From Mobula hypostoma (lineage: Eukaryota), in the NCBI RefSeq assembly GCF_963921235.1, contig NC_086097.1:34350001-34414000 (forward strand): a DNA stretch of 64,000 bases. Reading direction: 5' to 3'. Shown piece after piece: positions 36,610 through 49,899 of this stretch. The notes below the pieces were generated by a model. The model saw only the letters and a program-made list of their open reading frames with translations. It was not told where the DNA came from and made no database searches. Both the position numbers and the translations under genes were made by a program. The number at the start of each line of letters is the position of its first letter. Positions within the stretch are counted from its first letter, which is position 1.

Positions 36610-38280
36610 AGTACAGTCAGGGAAATGTACGGCAGAAATGTGGCAAATGTTCAGGGGATATTTGCGTGACGTTCTGCATAGGTACGTTCCAATGAGACAG
36701 GGAAAGAATGGTAGGGTACAGGAACCATGGCGTACAAAGGCTGCTGAAAATCTAGACAAAAAAAAAGCTTACAAAAGGTTCCAAAAAATGAGGTAATGAT
36801 AGAGATCTAGAAAATTATAAGGCTCGCAGGAAGGAGCTTGAGAATGAAATTAGGAGAGCCAGAAGGGGCCATGAGAAGGTCTTGGCAAACAGGATTAAGG
36901 AAAACCCCAAGGCATTCTACAAGTATGTAAAGAGCAAAAGAATAAGGTGTGAGAGAATAGGACCAATCAAGTGTGACAGTGGAAAAGTGTGTATGGAACC
37001 AGAGGAGATAGCTGAGGTACTCAATGAATATTTTGCTTCAGTATTCACTATGGAAAAGGATCTTGGCAATTGTAGGGATGACTTGCAGCGGACTGAAAAG
37101 CTTGAGCATATAGACATTAAGAAAGGGGATATGCTGGAGCTTTTGGAAAGCATTATGTTGGATAAGTCTCCAGAACCGGATGAGATATACCCCAGGCTAC
37201 TGTGGGAGGCGAGGGAGGAGATTGCTGAGCCTCTGGCAATGACCTTTGTATCATCAATGGGTATGAAGGAGGCTCCAGTGGATTGGAGGATTGCAGATGT
37301 TGTTCCTTTATTCAAGAAAGGGAGCAGAGATAGTCCAGGAAATTAAAGACCAGAGAGTCTTATTTCAGTGGTTGGTAAGTTGATGTAGAAGATCCTGAGA
37401 GGCAGGATTTACGAACATTTGGAGAGGCATAATGATTAGGAATAGTCACCATGGGTTTGTCAAAGTCAGGTCGTGCCTTATCAACCTGATTGAATTTTTT
37501 GAGGGTGTGACTAAACACATTGACGAAAGTCGAGCAGTAGATATAGTGTATATAGATTTCAGCAAGCATTTGATAAGGTACCCCATGCAAGGCTTATTGA
37601 GAAAGTAAGGAGGCATGGAATCCAAGGGGACATTGCTTTGTGGATCCAGAATTGGCTTGTCCACAGAAGGCAAAGAGTGGTTGTAAACGGGTCATATCCT
37701 GCATGTGACCAGTGGTGTGCCTCAGGGATCTGTTCTGGGATCCCTTCTCTTCGTGATTTTTATAAATGACCTGGATGAAGAAGTGGAGGGATGGGTTAGT
37801 AAATGTGCTGATGACACAGAGGTTGGGGGTGTTGTGGATAATATGGAGGGCTGTCAGAGGTTACAGCAGGACATCGATAGGATGCAAAATTGGGCTGAGA
37901 AGTAGCAGATGGAGTTCAACCCAGATAAGCGTGAGGTGGTTCATTTTGGTAGGTCAAATATGATAGCAGAATATAGTATTAATAGTAAAACTCTTAGCAG
38001 TGTGGAGGATCAGAGGGATCTTGGGGTCTGAGTCCATAGGACAATTCAATGCTGTGTGCAGGTTGACTCAGTGGTTAAGAAAGCATACGATGTATTGGCC
38101 TTCATCAACCACTGGATTGAGTTCAAGAGCCGAGAGGTAATGTTGCAGCTATATAGGACCCTGGTCAGACCCTATTTGGAGTACTGTGCTCAGTTCTGGT
38201 CACCTCACTAGAGGAAGGATGTGAAAACTATAGAAAGGGTGCAGAGGAGATTCACAAGGATGTTGCCTGGATTGGAGAGA
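36610..38280 (+). mobile_element. CR1 ORF2 segment, truncated at both ends
   Basis: ORFs 36521..36796, 36882..37346 (KENPKAFYKYV..IYPRLL..DWRIADVVPLFKKG) and 37705..37905 ([15 protein letters not shown]). Confidence 0.92.
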
Positions 38281-38804
38281 ATACATCAATGATAATGAAT
38301 CTTCTGATTCTGAATCTAGGCGCACCAAATGGCAGAATTTCAATCCCTGTGAGGATGAAAAGAAGAATCAGAACTGGTAAAAGTGAACAACAACTATTTG
38401 CTGGAAGAGGAGCATGGCGTAGCAGACATAACGCGCAAAGTGAATTAATAGTTACTAATTGTAAATCTGTTTGTTGAAAACTAAAGCACGTGTTCCAAAA
38501 GGGTGAAACCTCTCAGAAACCTAGTAAAAGGAATATAGGAGAAGGTGGTCCACTAATCTCTCCATTCAATACTATCAAAGCCAATCCTCTATCTCAATAT
38601 CAATCTCTACTCATTCCCTTTTTTGATGTCTCAAAATTTGTCTTTAACCTTTGTGCATATATTCAGTGACTCGGTCTCCACACACCCTGTGGTGGAGAGT
38701 TCCATGGGTACACCACCATCCAAGTCAGGCAATTTCTCCTCATCTCAATCTTATTGCATATCCTGAGACTGTGACACTAGTTCAAGCTGTCGCAGCCAGG
38801 GAAT

Positions 38805-40090
38805 GTAGAAACATAGAAAACCTACAGCACAACACAGGCCCTTCGGCCCACAAAGCTGTGCCGAACATGTCCTTACCTTAGAAGTTACCAAGGGTTACCC
38901 ATTGCCCTCTATTTTTCTGAGCTCCATGTACCTGTCCAGGAGTCTCTTAAAAGACCCTATCGTATCCACTTCCACCACAGTCGCCGGCAGCCCATTCCAC
39001 GCACTCACCACTCTCTGTGTAAAAAAAACTTACCCCTGACATCTCCTCTGTACCTGCTTCCAAGCGCCTTAAAACTGTGCCCTCTCGTGCTAGCCATCTC
39101 AGCCCTGGGCAAAAAGCCTCTGACTATCCACACAATCAATTCCTCTCATCATCTTATACACCTCTGTCAGGTCACCTCTCATCCTTCGTCACTCCAAGGA
39201 AAAAAGGCTGAGTTCACTCAACCTATTCTCATAAGGTATGCTCTCCAATCCAGGCAACATCCTTGTAAATCTCCTCTGCACCCTTTCTATGATTTCCACA
39301 TCCTTCCTATAGTGAGGTGACCAGAACTGAGCATAGTACTCCAAATGGAGTCTGACCAGGGTCCGATATAGCTGCAACATTACCTCTCTGCTCCTAAATT
39401 TCAATCCCACGATTGATGAAGGTCAATGCACCGTATGCCTTCTTAACCACAGAGTCAACCTGCGCAGGTGCTTTGAGCATCTTATGGACTCGGACCCCAA
39501 GATCCCTCTGATCCTCCACACTGCCAAGAGTCTTACCATCAATACTATATTCTGCCATCATATTTGACCTACCAAAATGAACCACTTCACACTTATCTGG
39601 GTTGAACTCCATCTGTCACTTCTCAACCCAGTTTTGCATCCTATTAATGTCCCGCTGTAACTTCTGACAGCCCTCCACACTATCCACAACACCCGCAATC
39701 TCTGTGTCATCAGAAAATTTACTAACCCATCCCTCCACTTCTTCATCCAGGTCATTTATAAAACTCACAAAGGGTAGGGGTCCCAGAACAGATCCCTGAG
39801 ACACACCACTGGTCACCGACCTCCATGCATAATATGACCCATCTACAACCACTTTTTGCCTTCTGTGGGCAAGCCAATTCTGGATCCACAAAGCAATGTC
39901 CCCTTGGATCCCATGCCTCCTTACTTTCTCAATAAGCCTTGCATGGGGTACCTTGTCAAATGCCTTGCTGAAATCCATATACACTACATCTCCTGCTCTA
40001 CCTCCATCAATGTGTTTAGTCACATCCTCAAAAAATTCAATCAGGCTCGTAAGGCACAACCTGCCTTTCACAAAGCCATGCTGACTATTT
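38805..40090 (-). mobile_element. 5'-truncated CR1 LINE, same subfamily as 36610-38280
   Basis: ORFs 39616..40131, 39394..39612 and 39189..39410; tagaaacatagaaa tail at 38806-38820. Confidence 0.92.
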
Positions 40091-40139
40091 TCAATCTCCT
40101 CTATCCTCCACAAATGGCCATTATTCACCACACCAAGGG

Positions 40140-40722
40140 CTCAGCCTAAGAGCTTCGCTCGCTTTCGGAAGAGCGAGATTTCATAGCTCTGGAGACGGGG
40201 TGGGGAGGGTGAAATCAGAGGTCAGTGTCTGGACAGAAGACTAGTGTGTCGTGGGAGATGAAAGATCTAAGGCTGCGTGCCCAGAGACCCAAGATCTTTG
40301 GGCACAGAGCTCTGAAAAAGTGACACCATGGACTTTTTAACATCATAAACCAGAGAATTGCTTGTTATGTCTCCCCACTTGCTGTGAAATGGAGAGAGAG
40401 AGCCTGTGATATGTCAAAGACTGGGTGAACAAGTACTCTTTGGGGTAACTGCAAGTCTGTGTCTTTGCTGTTGCTTTGCTCGCGCTTGAATGCTCGGTGG
40501 TGGGCGCTGATGTTTTTTATTGACGGTGGGGGAGGGGGGATTGTTGCTTGCTGCCGTTTACACGTGGGAAGGAGAGGAGCTGGGGGGGACTTTGAGTTAA
40601 ATGTCATTCATTCTTTGGGGGCACTCCTCTATTTTCATGGATGGTTGCGAAGAAAAAGCATTTCAGGATGTACATTGTATACATTTCTCTGACATTAAAT
40701 GTACCTTTGAAACCTTTGAAAC
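40140..40722 (+). mobile_element. Family B non-autonomous retroelement, 5'-truncated
   Basis: Ends tctctgacattaaatgtacctttgaaacctttgaaacc; collinear with 32908-33755. Confidence 0.7.
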
Positions 40723-40959
40723 CATTCATCTAGTCTGTTAAGACTTATTAAAATATTGTACAGTTCAATGTGACTTCCTCTCATTTCTCTAAATTCTAGT
40801 AAACACGGGGCAAGTCAAGTTAAAACCTTCTTGTATGATCATCCTTTTATCCAAGGAATCAGTCTGGTGAACTGTTTTATCCATTTCCTCTATGGCAGGT
40901 ACCTTCCTGTATATCCTTCCTTAAATTAGGAGAGTAAAACTGTGCACACTCCAGATATG

Positions 40960-41607
40960 CACACTTCACCTGCGAATCTGCTGCTGTCATCTATTGTGTC
41001 CAGTGCTCCCGATACAGCCTCCTCTACATTGGTGAGACCCGTCATAAACTGAGGGGCCTGTTTCATCAAGCACCTTCAATCCATCCACCAACAGCAGAAC
41101 TTCCCGGTGTCCCAACATTGTAATTCCCATTCCCCTTCTGACATGTCAGTCTACGGCCTCCTCTTTTGCCACAATGAGGCCACCCTCAGGGTGGAAGAGC
41201 AACACCATATATTCCATCTGGGTAGCCTCCAACCTCATGGCATGAATATCAATTTCACCTTCCAGTTAAAAAAAATCCCTCCCCCTCCCCTCTTCTTGTA
41301 TTCCCTATTCTGGCATCTTATCTCTTCTCACCTGCCTATCACCTCTCCCTGGTGCCCCTCCTCCTTCCTTTTCTCCTGTGGTCCACTCTCCTCTCCTCTC
41401 AGATTCTTCATTTCCAGTCCTTTACCTTTCCCACCCATCTGGATTTGCCTGTCACTTTCTGTCTATCCTTCTTCCTCACACTCCTCCTTTTTATTCCCCC
41501 TTCCTTTCCAGTCCTGAACAAGGGTCTCGGCCCGAAACATGAACTGTTTGTTCATTTCCACGGATGCTGCCTGACCTGCTGATTTCCTCTAGCATTTTGT
41601 GTGTGTT
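40960..41607 (+). mobile_element. Penelope-like element: GIY-YIG endonuclease fragment plus pLTR
   Basis: FTCESAAVIYCVQCSRYSLLYIGETR...HIFHLGSLQPHGMN. TSD actccagatatg / acttcagatatg at 40948-40959 and 41608-41619, within an old CR1. Confidence 0.9.
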
Positions 41608-43039
41608 ACTTCAGATATGGTACCACTTTGATTCTGTATCGTTGCAGTACGTTTCTTGCCCTTGCACAGAAAACATCATACAGTGAGGGTAAAAGACTAT
41701 TTTCCTTCTTTATCGCTGTGCCTTCATTCCAATGTCTTCAACCAACTTTAAGCATCCAATAAGATCAAGATCAAAGTGTAGCAAGTGAGCATTTTAATGA
41801 AGGAAGGGCATTAAATAGAGGTTTGCCCATGAAAGAGAGTTTTTTAAAAAACGGGATAACTCGCTCATTGTGCACATTTCCCCAAGCACATGCTCATGCT
41901 TTGAAGGACAACCAGGATTTCTTCTCAGCATATGTTTCCCACTTGTTTTCCCAGAGCAAATGTGGCAGGTGCTGAGGTTAAGCATGCATGAAGGAAATTT
42001 TTCTGTGGTATGACAACCAGCAATTAAGGAAGTTGTTCCAATAATGTCTCAGCCCTTACTTCATTATGCAATGGAGTTATCCACTTGAGCTGCAGATAAT
42101 CCCAAAGTCACCTGAGCCCCAACAATTTTAGAAAATAACCTGACTCTGGTCAAGATCATCTGTCCCAGGTCTCCCCTAGTCACCATTATGGAAATAGTCT
42201 TAGGTGCAGTCTCACCCTTCAAGGGAAAATTAGACCCATCTGAATACCACCCTTCTTTCAACCAACACAAGATTTCTCTTAAGATCTTATTTGCCACCCT
42301 TGGATCTCCTCCATACTGCAAAAACAAAATCAGTCCAAACAGAAAGCAGAGATGACTTCTCCTCAAATCCTTTCACTTTTCCTTCTTCCCTGTCTCATCA
42401 TCTTGTATCTTCTTCCTAAGCCTTCATCTCTGTTGGCTTCCTCTTGCCGTCTCCGAACCTGGGTCCGGTAAACTCACCACTTCCGAAGTACAACCCCGAG
42501 GTTAGGCTTGATCCAGACTCCTCATGACCCATGGTATTGAAGTTCTATTTCAAATCTTAAAAATTCAGGTCATTGCCTTTATCTCACAAGTCTTTCTTCC
42601 CCTATTTTTCCTCATAAGTCAAGAATACAAATCAGATAAAACCAATAAAAATAATCAGCTGGTAAATTAGATTCCTTCAGAATTTGATTATAAAGACAGA
42701 AAAAGAGTATTTTTGGCACTGAGATGCCCACAGGAATTTGTACATTCAGTGTATGAATTATTAACTCAGTTGTAGTGCACTTATTAAGGACAGTCCAATG
42801 ACAAACATGATAGCTTTCATAAGATCCTGTTAAATTTATCGCCATTTGGCCTCAAAATAGTTGAAAAAATCATCACAGAAATCACTGTTATGAGTTACCT
42901 ATGAAACAAATTTGATTGACCACAAATTTTAATCCAACAACTTCCATCGAAAAGGAAACAAACTTGCTGAAGATTAAGGAAGGCATGGAGATCTACAGTT
43001 GAGCAATATCTATTAAGATGGGTACATGGTATGAGTACG

Positions 43040-43317
43040 GTATGAGGTGGCACAGCAGTGTAGTGGTTAGCACAATGACATGGGCTCAATTCCCACCACT
43101 GCTTGTTAGGAGTTTGTATGTTCTCCCTGTAACTGCATGGGTTTCCTCCCGTTTCTTCCCATAGTCCAATGATGTACCACCTGTGTAGGTTAATGGTCAT
43201 TGTAATGGTCACAGGACTGTGATTTAGATAGGGTTAACTCGGGCGGTTGCTGGGCAGCACAGCTTGAAGGGCCTACTCCATGTTGTATGCCAATAAATAA
43301 ATAAATAAATAAATAAA
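43040..43317 (+). mobile_element. V-SINE (HE1-like)
   Basis: tRNA-like head gtagtggttagc, V domain ggagtttgtatgttctccctg...gggtttcctcc, and (AATA)n tail. Confidence 0.75.
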
Positions 43318-43401
43318 TGGTCACGCTTAATCAGGAATGTGCTGCTCATGCCTTTTGATGTTTTTAGCAAGATATCTTAGTAAATTCCTTAAGGTTGTTA
43401 T

Positions 43402-43950
43402 AGGCAAGGGGGTTTGTGGGGAGGGGGGGGAATAAGCTCCCACTACTTACTAAATGCTCCCAATGGTGTGCGACTCAAATAGCCTCTGACTACCAAGACC
43501 ATTTCCTGGCCTTCACGTGTGGCTTAGCTACTAAGCCCGGCGGAACCATTTCTACAGACCGTAGAAGGGGCAAAGACGGTTACTGACGCCTTAAGACTAG
43601 TCGCTTTGGCAGATGGGGCTCGTCAGCCATGATTGACAGCTCATCTAGGAGAAAGAGAACTCTGATCTTAAACCTCTGCTGCCTTGCAGCTGTACCAACT
43701 CATAGGAAAAGATTCCGGAGGAAACACAGTGGGAAAAATCTGGAGCTGGAGCCTCTAAGGCAGTCTGTCAACACAGACTGGCGCTGCTACCAAACTGTAT
43801 CGGTCTCTGCCGTTCCTTTGGGTTCATCAGTTGCATGGAGAGAGGGAGCTTACTACATGGGCACCAGCTTGTTCTCCTTATTGTACTGCCCAGGCTTGTG
43901 TATCGAAACAGCTAGGAGGCAGCATCCATGGTCGACTCTGACCAACACCA
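43402..43950 (+). mobile_element. RTE-related non-autonomous element (5'-UTR-like plus 3' end, no ORF)
   Basis: Contains catctaggagaaagagaactctgatcttaaacctc, typical of RTE 5' UTRs. The 3' part resembles the tail of the tRNA SINE at 62690-62845 and of 50140-50292. Confidence 0.55.
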
Positions 43951-45100
43951 TCTAAGTAAAGGCTGCTTGGAACCAAGTCGCTGGTGGGAATATTAAATCA
44001 TTGTTGCTAACACAATGCCTCACATGGTTCAGTAAGGGACTGATGATGACCATGCCCACACCAAGGCATGGGGAAATACAGTTCACGCACTGATCAACGC
44101 TCGTTTAGTTTGGCCAGATTGCTTTTGAGGTGAATGTTCAAGGTACTCATCCCTCAACTGACATCACTCTAACAGTTTATCCTCTCATTTACCCATCATC
44201 TTTTTCCTGGAGATTACTATAGCGTAATGCATATCCTACACTGTAACATTAAGCCACTGTCAGGTGCCTAGGAATGTCTCGTAAATGTGAAAGAGGTACA
44301 AGAGGCTCAGAGATCTTTGATGCAGTGTAAGGCTTTTAAACACGAATTTCAATATTTTTGTGTACGAGTTATGCAGACACATTAATCTATATGACTTTCA
44401 TACACTATATTGCACTATTGCTTGCTTTCATATTCTGCACAATCGCACCGATGTGCCTCACTCGTTTATGTCATTGCCAGCTGAAACTGGATCATACACA
44501 TCTGATTAAGAAATATTGTGTTGCACTCACTGGGAACCACATGTGCATTATAGAGTATTTTAATCACAGAAGCTGCAATTAAAGGGCCTCTAGCCATTTT
44601 CTCTGAAGTGTGTAGCGTGCAAAACGGGAGCTTAGATGCTGCCAGGGTGCTCAGGAAGTGTAATCTGATCTTCTTTAACAAATTAAATATCTTGTGTAAT
44701 CTGAATCTGACCATTCAGATCCCCATTCTCTGAGACAGGTCCTGGTACCCAGTCTTTTTCACACAGAAGTTCCTGGAGATGAACAATTATCTTCCACCTT
44801 GACCCTTCCCACTCTCTGAGCTTCTTCTAATACAACCCAAGTCAGAGCCACAAGAAAACTGGAGCAGGTAACCATTGAGGTGAGCTTCTAGAGCACACAT
44901 TGATCTCTGAGTGTTCCAAAGGATTCTCTAGTGAGGTTTGCCATTTCCCCTTCTTCCTTTTGTGAAAAAAATTGAGGATTCGTTGAGCAGTCTGTAAGGC
45001 TAAGCCTATATTAGCCTGATCCAGACCTGCTGAGTTCCTCTAGCATTTTGTGTCTGTTACATAATAGCTCACTTTCTCTGTGTCTGAATTCATTCAGCTA

Positions 45101-46737
45101 CAGTGCTTATAAAATGTATTCACACCCCCTTGGAAAATTTTCATGATTTATTATTTTACAACATTGAATCACAGTGGATTTAATTTGACTTTTTTCCCCA
45201 ATGATCAACAGAAAAAGACTCTTTCGTGTCAAAGTGAAAACAGACCTCTACAAAGTGATCTAAATTAATTACAAATATATATTTTAAAAATTGATTGTAT
45301 AAGCATTCATCCCCTTTGATATGACACACCAAATAATCACTGGTGCAGCCAATTGGGTTTAGAAGTCACATATTTAATTAAATGAAGATCTGTTTTTGGA
45401 GACCTGTGTGCAGCCAAGGTGTTTCAATCGACTGTAATAAAAATACACCTGTATCTGGAAGGTCCGTTTGTTGATGAGTCAGTATCCTGGCAAAAACTAC
45501 ACCATGAAGACAAAAGAACGCTCCAAGCAACTCCACAAAAAGGTTGCTGAAAAGCACAAATCAGGAGATGGGTAGAAGAAAATCTCCACATCACTGTATA
45601 TCCCTTGGAGTACAGTTAAGTCAATCATCAAGAAATGGAGAGAATATGGCACAGCTGTAAATCTGCCTAGAACAGGCCATCATCAAAAACTGAGTGACCG
45701 TGCAAGAAGGGGACTAGTGAGGGAGGCCACCAAGAGACCTATGACAACTCTGGAGGAGTTACAAGCTACAGTGGCTGAGATGGGAGAGACTGCACATACA
45801 ACAACTGTTGACCGGGTGTTTCATCAGTTGCAGCTTTACGGGAGAACGGCAAAGAGGAAGCCACTGTTGAAAAAATCTCACATGGTATCTCGGTTAGAGA
45901 TTCCCAGAAGGCATGTGGGAGACTCTGAAGTCAGCTGGAAGAAGATTCTATGGTCCAATGAAACCAAAATTGAGCTTTTTGGCTATCAGACTAAATGCTA
46001 TGTTTGGCAGAAGCCAAGCACCACACATTATCAAAAACATACCATCCCTACTGTGAAACATGGTGGTGGCAGCATCATGCTGTGGGGATGTTTCACTGCA
46101 ACAGACCCTGGAAGGCTTGTGAAGGTAGAGGGTAAAATGAAGGCAGCAAAATACAGGGAACTCCTGGAAGAAAGCCTGATGCAATCTGCAACAGGACTGT
46201 GACTTGAGAGAAGTTTTGTTTTCCAATAAGATAATAACCCCAAGCAGAAAGCCAAAACTACACAGGAATGGCTTAAAAACAACAAAGTTAATGTCCTGAC
46301 GTCGCCAAGTCAGAGTCCAGACTTCAGATGAGTTGAGAATTTATGGCTGGACTTTACAAGGGCTGTTCACTCAAAATCCCCATGCAATCTGACAGAACTT
46401 GAGTAGTTTTGTGAAGAAGAATGGGGAAAAATTGCAGTGTCCAGATGTGCAAAGCTGATAGAGACCTATCCACACAGAATTGCTGCCAAAGGTGCATCTA
46501 GTAAACATTGACTTGAAGGGGTGGCTACTTATACAATCAATTATTTTGTGTTTTATATTTGTAATTAATTTAGATCATTTTGTAGAGATCTGTTTTCACT
46601 TTGACACGAAAGAATCTTTTTCTGTTGATTTGTCTCAAAAAAGCCAAATAAAATCCACTGTGATTCAATGCTGTAAAATAATAAAACATGAAAACTTATG
46701 GAGGGTGGGGGGGTGTAAATAATTTATATAGGCACTG
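45101..46737 (+). mobile_element. Full-length Tc1 transposon (Passport-like), defective
   Basis: TA TSD at 45099-45100 and 46738-46739. Long TIRs of at least 180 bp beginning cagtgc. Transposase starts at 45504. Confidence 0.92.
45504..46512 (+). pseudogene. Tc1 DDE transposase pseudogene
   Basis: MKTKERSKQL...IKKWREYGT.VNLPRTG...REATKRPMTTLEELQ...WSNETKIELFG...PTVKHGGGSIMLWGCF...DNNPK...PSQSPD; several in-frame stops. Confidence 0.88.
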
Positions 46738-46984
46738 TATTTCATTTGCTCTTGTTAATGAAGGACAACACTGGTTAGATAACATTGCACAAGTTATACA
46801 ACAGTATTACTTAAAAGTCAGTTGGTTTGTCACTTAGACCCATGACTCACACCACAGAAGTTGTAAGCATTCCTGAGACTGTGGGCTGGGTTGTAGAGAA
46901 CCTCAGACTGGCTGCTCTAGACAAATCACAGCACTCAGCTTCGCTGCCACCACAGGCAGTCCCACTTTGCTCTTGATACTCCAC

Positions 46985-48090
46985 TTAAGACCATAAGACA
47001 TACTGTAGAACAGAAGTGGGCCATTCAGCCCAACGACACTGCTCTGCCATTCTATCATGACTGATTTATTATCACGCTCAACCCCAATCTCCTGCCTTCT
47101 CCCCGTAACCTTAGATGACTGTTTAAATAAGAACCTGTCAACCACCACTTTAAATATACCCAGTGACTTGGCCTACATACTCATCTGTAGCAATGAAATC
47201 CACAGACTCACCACTTTCTGGCTAAAGAAATTCCTCCTCATCTCGGTTCCAAATGGACATCCCTCTATTCTGAAGCTGTGACCTCTGGGCCTGGACTCCC
47301 CCACTATAGAATATGTCCTTTCCCCATCCACTCTACTTTAGCCTTTCAATATTTGATAGATTTCAATGAGATCCACCCCTCATTCTTCTGAACTCCCGTT
47401 GAGTATAGGCCCAGAGCCATCAAAGCTCCTCATGCATTAACCCTTTCATTCCCAGGATAATTCTGTTGAACCTCTTCTTGCTATTCTTAGATAAGGGGCC
47501 CAAAGTTACTCACAGTACTTCAACTGTGGTCTGACTGGTGCCTTATAAAGCCTCAGCATCACATCCTTGCTTTTATATTCCAATCTCATTGCATTTGCTT
47601 TCTTTATCACCGACTCAACTTGCAAGTTAACCTTTAGGGAATCATGCACAAGGACTCCCAAGTCCAGTTGCACCTCTGATTTTTCAATTTTATCCCTGCT
47701 TAGAAAATAGTCTACTCCTTTATTCCTTCTACTGAAGTGCATGCCCGTACACTTCCCGACACTGCATTCTATCTGCTGCTTCTTTGCCCATTCTCTTCAT
47801 CTGTCGAAGTCCTTCTGGAGACTCTATGTTTCCTCAACGTTACCTGGCCCTCCCCTATTTTCGTATCATCCACAAACCTGGCCACAAAACCATCAATTTT
47901 TGACATTGAAATTATTAAGATACGACATGTAAAGAAGTGATCTCAACACTTACCCCCACGGAACACCATTAGTCACTGGCAGCCAACCAGAAAAGGCCTC
48001 CTTTATTCCCACTCTTCAGTCAATCTTCTATCCATGCTAGTATCTTTTCTATAATAACATGGGCTCTTAACTTGTTTAGCAGCCTGATCT
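46985..48090 (-). mobile_element. CR1 LINE 3' part
   Basis: ORF 47506..47742 (DLGVLVHDSLKVNLQVE...LYKAPVRPQLKYC); taagaccataaga tail. Confidence 0.85.
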
Positions 48091-48571
48091 GGCATCTCAG
48101 CTTTAAGTCAACCATCTTTGGTACATGTAATGCAGACCCATTCACATAAATAAGCTTGCTGACCTAATGGTATGAGCATTACTGTGTCTTTCTTTTTTTT
48201 TAAATTAATCTTAACATTTAAAATAATTCCCACACTTAAATGCATTTAAGACCATTTTAAACCCATTTTAAATGTCTCATTAACAATGGCTTCCACACTT
48301 GTTGAGTGTCAGAAAAACCATCAGGGCAATCTGAGGGAAGGGCCTGAGAATCCACCTTTCCAAGTCCAATTATTGAAGTTCGAAGTCTGAAGCAAGTTCA
48401 TTATCAAAGTACGTATAAGCTGCCATATACCACTTTGAGATTAATTTTCTTGCAGGCATTCACAGTAAAACAATGAAATACATTAGAATCAATGAAAAAC
48501 TACACTCAAAGACTGGAAAACAACCAATGTGTCATTCAATGGTCACTCCTTTTGGCAAACAACGTGAGGCT

Positions 48572-48780
48572 GTTATTGTGCAACCCTCAGTCAGATCCTC
48601 TCTTGGTCTTCTCTGCTCAAAGAAAAGAAACCCAGCCGATATAGTCTCTTCTTATGACTGAGAAGCTTCTTCCCAGAGACATCCCCATGAACGTCCAAAT
48701 CACTCTTGACGGTACAAGCACATCCTTCCGAAAGGATGGAACGGCCGGAACTGCACGCAGTACTCCAATGCCCGAGGAGA
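48572..48780 (-). mobile_element. Old CR1 fragment; first 130 bp or so repeated at 49360-49495
   Basis: LEYCVQF and RLYRLGFFSL remnants on the minus strand. Confidence 0.55.
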
Positions 48781-49899
48781 CTCAGAGGGGATATCAGGAA
48801 GAATTGTTCCACTCACTAGGGGTTTCAGTGCGTACATAGAGTCATAGATAAAACAAAAAATGTAAGCAAACAGGGAGTAACCCAAATTGAACATGAACTA
48901 GCCCACTGTATCACTCTGGTTTCTTTGCTCTTTTCTCATCAAAATTAATCAAATTCTTCTTTCAACGTGCAGCCTCTAATGCCTAACAAAAATACTCCAA
49001 GCATATTAAAACAGTCTTAAGAACCTCACAATTAATCAAAAAAAAATTACCAAATGGTGTCATTCTGGTTCTTTATATAAAAAGCCATTGTAAATAATTG
49101 ATTTTGTCCTATGGGTTCTATCTACTTCTTTGATTATTGTTCAAATAACTAATTCTTAAACTAGAAATTTAAAACTGACTTATTTCACACATCAGCAAAA
49201 CCACTGTGGTATCTTATCTAAACGCTGCTACCAGACACACACTTTTTGGATGAAGTCCACTTTTTACTTTCCATATAAAAGTGCATGAGACAACTCTGTT
49301 AATTAATTAGCATCTGCCTCGGGGAAAATGCCTCAGTATCTCTCTCATCTCTGCCCTCCATTATGGTGCAAAGCTCAGTCAGATCCCTCCCCGGTCTTCT
49401 CTGCTCCAAAGAAAATAAACTAGCTGACATCGTCCTTTCTTATAACTGAGAAGCCTCAACCCAGAGGCATCCCCATGAACATCCAAATCTCACCTTGTAG
49501 TGCAAGGTCGATGGGAGTAGGCAGGAACTAGATGGGCCAAAGAGCCTGTTTTAGTGCTGTAATTTTCTATGACTCTAATGCCTGAGGCGATTTAGAGGGG
49601 ATATGAGGAAGAATTGTTTCAGTCAGAGGGTGGTTGAGATCTGGAGTGTGCTGTTTGAATGGAAGGAGGGAACAGAAATGCTCACTTAGTTCGGCAGCTG
49701 AAATTTCACAGTATAGATGGTTGCTGCTGGAAATGGGGACAGTGGAGATAGATAGCTGAAAACTGCCATGGACACAGTGGGCCAAATGGAAAGTTTTCAC
49801 ACTCTAAGAGTCTATAACTTTATAATATTATTAGTCTTGGTGTATTGTTCAGCTGGCGACACACAGAAACTGAACTCCTTTCGGACTCAGGCTGAACTA

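Noticed and set aside
43505..43545. HDV-like ribozyme suggested by gccttcacgt (CPEB3-like L3)
   Set aside because: I could not build the P1/P2/P3 nested pseudoknot by eye; left as an untested possibility.
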